This document shows, in pieces, positions 58,378-64,000 of a stretch of 64,000 nucleotides of DNA. The position numbers were made by a program, and so were the translations under genes. Below the pieces are notes generated by a model. That model was not told where the DNA came from, ran no database searches, and saw nothing but the letters and a program-made list of their open reading frames with translations. Within the stretch, counting starts at the first letter, position 1. Every line of letters begins with the position of its first letter. Source of the DNA: Alphaproteobacteria bacterium (lineage in GTDB: Bacteria; Pseudomonadota; Alphaproteobacteria; UBA9655); the NCBI GenBank assembly GCA_020049895.1, contig JAGVLE010000011.1, forward strand, positions 3,131-67,130, in the 5' to 3' direction.

Positions 58378-59088
58378 GTGATTCGCCTTTACGTAAAAAC
58401 CCCGCTTGTACAACACAACTCTTTTGTGCTCTCTGACCAGCAAAGTCATTATCTCCAAAAGGTCATGAGACTGAAGGAAGGGGATAAGCTTCTTGTTTTC
58501 AACGGAAGTTACGGAGAATGGGTGGCTACGGTCAAGGAACTTTCGAAAAAAATTACAGTTCTTCAGACGATTGAGCAAACGCGTCTATGCCAAGAAGAGC
58601 TCGATCTTTGGCTGCTGTTTTCGCCCCTCAAACCCAAGCGACAAGCTTTTCTTGAGGAAAAAGCAACTGAGCTTGGCGCCACAGATTTATGGCCTGTGCG
58701 ATGCGAGAGAACTGTCGTTACTTCTCTTAATACAGCCAAAATGGAGGCTCACATCATCGAGGCGGCTGAGCAGTCAGGTCGTTTGACCCTTCCTGCTCTA
58801 AGGCCTCTTATGACGCTTCCAGAGCTTCTGGAAACTTGGCCTCAGGAAAGAGTATTGCTTTTTGGAGATGAGACCCGCACAGCCCCTTCACTGGGAGCGC
58901 TCTCTTTTGAGTCTACAGGATCTTATGCTTTTTTTGTGGGGCCTGAAGGTGGGTTTAGCCCTCACGAATTTTCTCTTTTGCGCTCTCACCCGAGTTTCCA
59001 AGGAGTGACTTTAAATCCTAACATTCTTCGGGCAGAAACAGCAGCTCTTGCAGGGCTAGCGTATTTGCAGCTAAGAAGTAACGCTTAA
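58378..59088 (+). CDS. rsmE: 16S rRNA (uracil1498-N3)-methyltransferase RsmE
   Basis: The N-terminal PUA-like part (HYLQKVMRLKEGDKLLVFNGSYGEW) and the C-terminal SPOUT knot (FFVGPEGGFSPHEF...LNPNILRAETAAL). GTG start. Confidence 0.88.
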   Translation: MIRLYVKTPLVQHNSFVLSDQQSHYLQKVMRLKEGDKLLVFNGSYGEWVATVKELSKKITVLQTIEQTRLCQEELDLWLLFSPLKPKRQAFLEEKATELGATDLWPVRCERTVVTSLNTAKMEAHIIEAAEQSGRLTLPALRPLMTLPELLETWPQERVLLFGDETRTAPSLGALSFESTGSYAFFVGPEGGFSPHEFSLLRSHPSFQGVTLNPNILRAETAALAGLAYLQLRSNA

Positions 59089-62000
59089 CAAATCATTCTT
59101 AATTGCCGATTAATGACTGTTAGCATGGCAAAATCAATGGTGGAAGCATTCATTAAATCAAAGAGAGTTGATTCTACAGCTGCGGTAGAAATAAGTCCTG
59201 CCATAAGAGTTCCATCTTTCTTAAAGAGACTTTCAACGGATTTTCCGCGGACCAAAACTTTTTTCGTCAATATACGTTGATTCATATAAAGCTCTTCGAT
59301 AAATGCATTTGCTGCGCCTTGTTGCCAATGGGTATCGCCAGAAAGCGCAAGGGTTGCTTTGCGTAACCACTCAAATCCAAGCTGTTGCCCTAGCGCAAAA
59401 TATACCTTGGCAACGAGCTTAGCATCAACAGAGAGCTCTTTACTGAGGGAAATCATATCGGGGGCAGCGACAAGAGGTTCTAAAATCAAGAGACGCGTTG
59501 CCAGGGCAGCAGGGAGTCCTTGATGCTCGTACTCGCGACATTTTTCTTCGAAATCTTTCTTTTGTTGAGCGGGGAAAAGTGTCAAAAGAACTTCTTTTAA
59601 ATTATCAAAGTCGGGTTTAAATTTTTGTAAATGTCCCTCTATATCTTCAAGATGTTCTCCGAAACGCAAAAACCACTCTGTAAAGCGTTTTACAGTTTCG
59701 TAAACGCGCAACATAAGATCTGTTTGGAACGAAGTGGAAAGAGTTTCTAGTGATTCTATTCCTTGCCATAATGAGGAAAGCTCAAGAAGGTTTCTGACAA
59801 CAAAATAGGCTTTTACAACAGCTGGTGCATCAACATTTGCGAGACGCTTCATTTCATGAATAAAAGTAATGCCCATGTGGTTTATAATACTGCTGGTGAT
59901 AAGGGTTGTTGTAATTTCTCTCCTCAAAGGATGAGTTTCAATTTCTTCAGTGTAGGCATTTTGGAGACGCTCAGGAAAATAGCTCAAGAGTTTTTCCCGT
60001 AGAAGACTAAGATCAGGGATATTTGAATGAATGAGTTGCTTTTTGAGCGAGATTTTTGAGTACGCTAATAATACGGAAAGCTCAGGGCGTGTAAGCCCTT
60101 GTTTGTCGGCCATACGACGAACAAGTTCCGTTTCATCGGGGAGATACTCAAGAGCACGATTTAACAATCCCTCTTCCTCTAGATCCCTCATTAAGCGTGC
60201 TTGCTCATCGAGAAGCCGAAATCCCTGACTGCGTGCAAGGCTAATCGCTTGAACTTGCCAGAAGTTATCCTTCAGAACCAATCGTGCTACATCATCGGTC
60301 ATGTTTTGCAAAAGCAGATTGCGTTTCTTCAACGTAAGTCCATTGGTAGCCATCACATGATGAAGGAGAATTTTGATGTTTACTTCATGATCCGAACAAT
60401 CCACCCCTGCAGAATTATCAATGGCGTCTGTATTAAGCCTTCCGCCTTTTTTTGCATACTCAATACGCCCTAATTGGGTGATACCTAAATTAGCTCCCTC
60501 TGCAATGACCTTCGCACGGATGTCTGCGCCGTTAACGCGTAAGATATCATTGACGGGGTCTCCCACATCAAGAGAGGTCTCATTTTTTGCTTTAATGTAG
60601 GTTCCTATTCCTCCAAACCACATAAGGTCTACGGACGCTTTTAAAAGAAAGCGAATGAGCTCGGGAGGGGATAGCTGATCTTCTTGAATTTCAAACAGGG
60701 CTTTCATTTGAGGGGAGAGAGAAATAGATTTTGCATTTCTTTCAAAAACACCTCCTCCCGGAGAAATAAGCGACGCATCATAATCAGCCCACGTAGAAGA
60801 AGGTAGAGTGAAGAGTCGCTTCCTCTCCCCATAACTTTTCTCAGGGTTGGGTGAGGGATCAATAAAAATATGGAGATGATTAAAAGCTGCTAACAATTTG
60901 AAATGACGAGATAAAAGGACCCCATTGCCAAACACATCCCCTGACATATCGCCAATGCCAACAACGGTTACTTCTTCCTTTGTGACATCTTGATCCATTT
61001 CTCGGAAGTGACGCTTAACCGATTCCCAGACACCTCGAGAGGTAATGCCCATTTTTTTGTGATCGTAGCCAGTTTCCCCACCTGATGCAAAAGCGTCCCC
61101 TAACCAAAAATCATAATCGGCAGCAATCTGGTTAGCATAATCAGAAAACGTGGCTGTTCCCTTATCTGCAGCCACCACAAGATAGGGATCATCTTTATCA
61201 CGGCAGACAACTTGAGGCGGAGGAACAATCGTTTCACCTTTAAGATTATCTGTAATATCTAAAAGTCCACGAATCATGGTTTGATACGCTTTAATGCCCT
61301 CTTCTTTTGTAAGACCCGAGGGAGAAGATTGCTTAATAGTAAAGCCACCCTTGGATCCGGAAGGAATAATAACGGCATTCTTCACCATTTGAGCTTTCAT
61401 GAGGCCCAGAGTCTCTGTACGGAAATCTTCGCGACGATTGGACCAACGAATGCCTCCTCGTGCTATCTTTTCCCCTCTTAAGTGGATAGCCTCTACGCGA
61501 GAAGAATAAACAAACACTTCATATTTTGGTCGTGGAAGGGGCATTTCTTCAATAGCTTCACAATTAATCTTGAAAGAAACATAGGATTTGGGGGCCCCAT
61601 CGAGAAGCTGATAAAAATTAGTTCTGAGTGTGGAGCTAATGACATTGATAAATTTTCTTAAAATGCGATCTTCATCCAAAATCTGAACTGTTCTTAACAG
61701 CTCTTTAATTTTATTGAGGATTTCTTCTCGTTCCTTATTTCTGTCTTGCTTATAGAGAGGAGAAAATTGGCATGTAAACAACTGATACATAAGCTGCGCC
61801 ATGAAGGGGTATTTCGCAAGAGTCTCTTCCATATAGGCTTGGCTGAAAGTCCCCTGAAGCTGACGAAGGTACTTTGCATATGCACGGAACAACTGGCATT
61901 CACGCCAAGAGAAATTGGCACGAATAATAAGGCGATTGAAGCCATCATTTTCCACCTCGCCTTTTAATAAATTCTCTATTCCTTCTAAAAAATTCTCTTT

Positions 62001-63896
62001 AATGGGACCAAATTCGATAGGATCTTTTTCCTTTGTTTGCATTTCAAAGTTATGAATCCAAATCTTTTGGTCATCGTTGCGACTTATAATAAAAGGGATT
62101 TCACTCAATACATTGAGGCTCATGTTTTCTAAAATAGGAAGAATCGACGACAGAGAGACAGGGGCGCTTACTGAATAAATTTTAAGTTGGAGAGAGTTGT
62201 TATCTTTGTAATCTTCTTGACTCGCATAAGCATGCAAATGATTTTTAGAGAAAGCTTTTTCGATCTCTATGATATCAATGACTGCATCTTCAACAGAGAT
62301 TTGCTCTTGGTATCCTTTAGAAAATCCATGGCCATATTTTTCAAAGAGAAAGAGACCTTCTTTTTCTCCCACAGACATTAAGAGCGCTTGCTGAAGATCT
62401 TCTTCCCACGTAAGGGCAGCTTCTCTAATCTCTTTTTCTATAGCGGCATGGTCAAAGATCAAGGATTTTTTCTCAATAAGAGAGAGCGTATAGTGAACGC
62501 GGGCAAAAGCAAGTTCTCCCAACTGAACTTGCCAGCTTGTTAACTTTGCATGAAAATTTTTCTCTAGAATACCTGCGAACTTACGACGGAGTGCACTATC
62601 ATAGCGTTCTCGAGGAATATATATGATACAGGAAACAAATCTCTCAAATTTATCGGGACGAATAAAGAGAGTGAGCCGTTGGCGGTTTTGAAGTTGAAGG
62701 ATGGCCATTGTTGTTTCAAATAGCCAATCTTCAGAGGCCTGAAACAATTCTTCTCTAGGGAAAGACTCCAAAATATGAATGAGTGTTTTTCCATCATGCC
62801 ATTCTTCAGCAAAACCAGAGCGTTCTAAAACATAGGAAACTTTCTGCCGTAATAGGGGAATATCCCTTACACTTTGCCGATAAGCTACAGACGTGAATAA
62901 TCCGATAAATTGATAGAGGCCAATGACATTGCCGTTCTTATCAAAACGTTTAACGCTGATAGAATCCATCGGATCTTGGCGATGAACATCCGATTTTTGA
63001 GTTGTTTTTGTAAGAATAAGAGGAGTGGACTCCACAATATAACGCTGATTGGTAGGCGTGAGTTCTATTCCCCCAAAAAGTTTGCTAATTTCTTGGTCAG
63101 AGGGATGTTTTAAAATACCCAGCCCTCCCATAGAGGTAAGCTCTTGCTTTTTTCCTTTTTTCTCGAGTGTTAAGGAATATTCACAGAATCCCAAGAAGGT
63201 AAAATGATTGTCTGCAACCCATTCACAAAAAGCGATGTATTCTTTAACTTGTGCAGCAGGAAGAGGCGGAGGGTATTGTTTTAAATTTTCGATAGCCTGC
63301 TGCAGCCGCTTTTTCATGGGGCCCCAATCTTCTACGGCAACACGTACATCTTCAAGGGCATGATTAAGATTTTTGATTAATACAGACCTTTTGTCCGCAG
63401 ACAAAAAATCTAAAATATCGCAATGAATGAAAGATTCGTAAGCTTCTTCTGGTTTTTGAGAGGATCTATCAGAAACATTAGTCAGGGCGTGCGTTTTATC
63501 GCGGTCTACTTGCATCACGGGGTGAATAACGAGGTTAATTGAGTACCCTAAGCTATTAATAACCCCCGTAACTGAATCCACAAGGAAAGGCATGTCATCA
63601 TTAACGATTTCTACAATAGTTTGAGGAAGAAGTTTGGTGTCCTCTTTTCTTTTTTCCGTAAAGACGCGAATTTTAGCTTTTCCAGGCACGCGGGTCTGAC
63701 TAAAGGTCCACATTTCCAGAACAGAGGTGACAAGTTCATCTAAAGGTATATCTTTTAGGTCTTCTGCAGGAACATTAGCGTAATAAAGGTAAGCAAACGT
63801 CTCTGCAGCTTTTCGAAGTTCAGGGGAAACCTGTTTTTTTACTTCAGCTGCAATGCGTGCAAACATAGAATTTTCTTGTTTTACCTTTGTCATCAT
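59085..63896 (-). CDS. large NAD-specific glutamate dehydrogenase (~180 kDa bacterial GDH family)
   Basis: 1603 aa. The catalytic core includes HLRGEKIARGGIRWSNRREDFRTETLGLMKAQMVKNAVIIPSGSKGGF, VVAADKGTATFSD and GDMSGDVFGNG. The long N- and C-terminal helical regions are typical of this family. Confidence 0.93.
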   Translation of the reverse strand: MMTKVKQENSMFARIAAEVKKQVSPELRKAAETFAYLYYANVPAEDLKDIPLDELVTSVLEMWTFSQTRVPGKAKIRVFTEKRKEDTKLLPQTIVEIVNDDMPFLVDSVTGVINSLGYSINLVIHPVMQVDRDKTHALTNVSDRSSQKPEEAYESFIHCDILDFLSADKRSVLIKNLNHALEDVRVAVEDWGPMKKRLQQAIENLKQYPPPLPAAQVKEYIAFCEWVADNHFTFLGFCEYSLTLEKKGKKQELTSMGGLGILKHPSDQEISKLFGGIELTPTNQRYIVESTPLILTKTTQKSDVHRQDPMDSISVKRFDKNGNVIGLYQFIGLFTSVAYRQSVRDIPLLRQKVSYVLERSGFAEEWHDGKTLIHILESFPREELFQASEDWLFETTMAILQLQNRQRLTLFIRPDKFERFVSCIIYIPRERYDSALRRKFAGILEKNFHAKLTSWQVQLGELAFARVHYTLSLIEKKSLIFDHAAIEKEIREAALTWEEDLQQALLMSVGEKEGLFLFEKYGHGFSKGYQEQISVEDAVIDIIEIEKAFSKNHLHAYASQEDYKDNNSLQLKIYSVSAPVSLSSILPILENMSLNVLSEIPFIISRNDDQKIWIHNFEMQTKEKDPIEFGPIKENFLEGIENLLKGEVENDGFNRLIIRANFSWRECQLFRAYAKYLRQLQGTFSQAYMEETLAKYPFMAQLMYQLFTCQFSPLYKQDRNKEREEILNKIKELLRTVQILDEDRILRKFINVISSTLRTNFYQLLDGAPKSYVSFKINCEAIEEMPLPRPKYEVFVYSSRVEAIHLRGEKIARGGIRWSNRREDFRTETLGLMKAQMVKNAVIIPSGSKGGFTIKQSSPSGLTKEEGIKAYQTMIRGLLDITDNLKGETIVPPPQVVCRDKDDPYLVVAADKGTATFSDYANQIAADYDFWLGDAFASGGETGYDHKKMGITSRGVWESVKRHFREMDQDVTKEEVTVVGIGDMSGDVFGNGVLLSRHFKLLAAFNHLHIFIDPSPNPEKSYGERKRLFTLPSSTWADYDASLISPGGGVFERNAKSISLSPQMKALFEIQEDQLSPPELIRFLLKASVDLMWFGGIGTYIKAKNETSLDVGDPVNDILRVNGADIRAKVIAEGANLGITQLGRIEYAKKGGRLNTDAIDNSAGVDCSDHEVNIKILLHHVMATNGLTLKKRNLLLQNMTDDVARLVLKDNFWQVQAISLARSQGFRLLDEQARLMRDLEEEGLLNRALEYLPDETELVRRMADKQGLTRPELSVLLAYSKISLKKQLIHSNIPDLSLLREKLLSYFPERLQNAYTEEIETHPLRREITTTLITSSIINHMGITFIHEMKRLANVDAPAVVKAYFVVRNLLELSSLWQGIESLETLSTSFQTDLMLRVYETVKRFTEWFLRFGEHLEDIEGHLQKFKPDFDNLKEVLLTLFPAQQKKDFEEKCREYEHQGLPAALATRLLILEPLVAAPDMISLSKELSVDAKLVAKVYFALGQQLGFEWLRKATLALSGDTHWQQGAANAFIEELYMNQRILTKKVLVRGKSVESLFKKDGTLMAGLISTAAVESTLFDLMNASTIDFAMLTVINRQLRMIC

Positions 63897-64000
63897 TGCT
63901 TTCCTTTTGCCATATTATGTTAAAAAGATAAAGGAAAAGCTAAAATTTTTAGCTTCGTTGATTTTTCTTTTTTTCTTTTCTTTTTTTAAATTTTAAAGAA

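Noticed and set aside
1-64000. CRISPR arrays, IS elements, integrases, prophage genes and rRNA
   Set aside because: I saw no regularly spaced direct repeats, and no transposase, integrase or recombinase-like translations. Nothing resembled rRNA. The tRNA-Cys/vgrG region therefore cannot be called a defined mobile element.

Overview
This is a 64-kb chromosomal window from a compact, fairly AT-rich alphaproteobacterial-type genome. The gene content resembles an intracellular, Rickettsiales/Holosporales-like symbiont of a eukaryote: a mitochondrion-like isc operon with two cysteine desulfurases, NDUFA12-mlaD-DUF2155 synteny, an Rsm22 homologue and an F-box-like protein. That taxonomic reading is inference only. 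I count about 60 protein genes and one tRNA (Cys-GCA). There is no rRNA, CRISPR array, transposase or integrase.

Gene blocks, in order:
- MFS transporter and two orphan genes
- nuoABCD
- Phd/VapC toxin-antitoxin pair
- an abnormally short class II ribonucleotide reductase (nrdJ-like)
- NDUFA12-like, mlaD, DUF2155
- mutS
- coxB on its own
- a gene for a signal-peptide protein with an F-box-like motif
- envZ/ompR-like two-component pair
- lpdA
- an orphan vgrG next to tRNA-Cys
- secDF-yajC
- rodZ-like, hisS, prfA, priA
- nuoEFGH plus an Rsm22-like methyltransferase
- a 14-kb very AT-rich O-antigen/polysaccharide cluster, entirely on the minus strand (dTDP-rhamnose genes, dTDP-3-amino-3,6-dideoxyhexose genes, wzx, wzy-like, two glycosyltransferases, four modification genes)
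- iscR, nifS-like, iscS, iscU, iscA, hscB, hscA
- EamA transporter, fdxA, rsmE
- a 1603-aa NAD-glutamate dehydrogenase

Most interesting observations:
- the internally collapsed nrdJ
- the eukaryote-like F-box candidate effector
- the stand-alone vgrG with no other T6SS genes
- the fragmented nuo locus with a TA module at one breakpoint
- an unusual methyltransferase / FemAB-like / beta-propeller trio inside the sugar cluster
- a truncated hscA with no fdx after it
- an orphan intrinsic terminator that may mark an sRNA
- a G8 tract that separates a signal-peptide ORF from a Cys-rich alternative reading frame

I found no multi-gene system that I could confidently call novel. All functional calls come from reading the ORF translations by eye. 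No searches were run.
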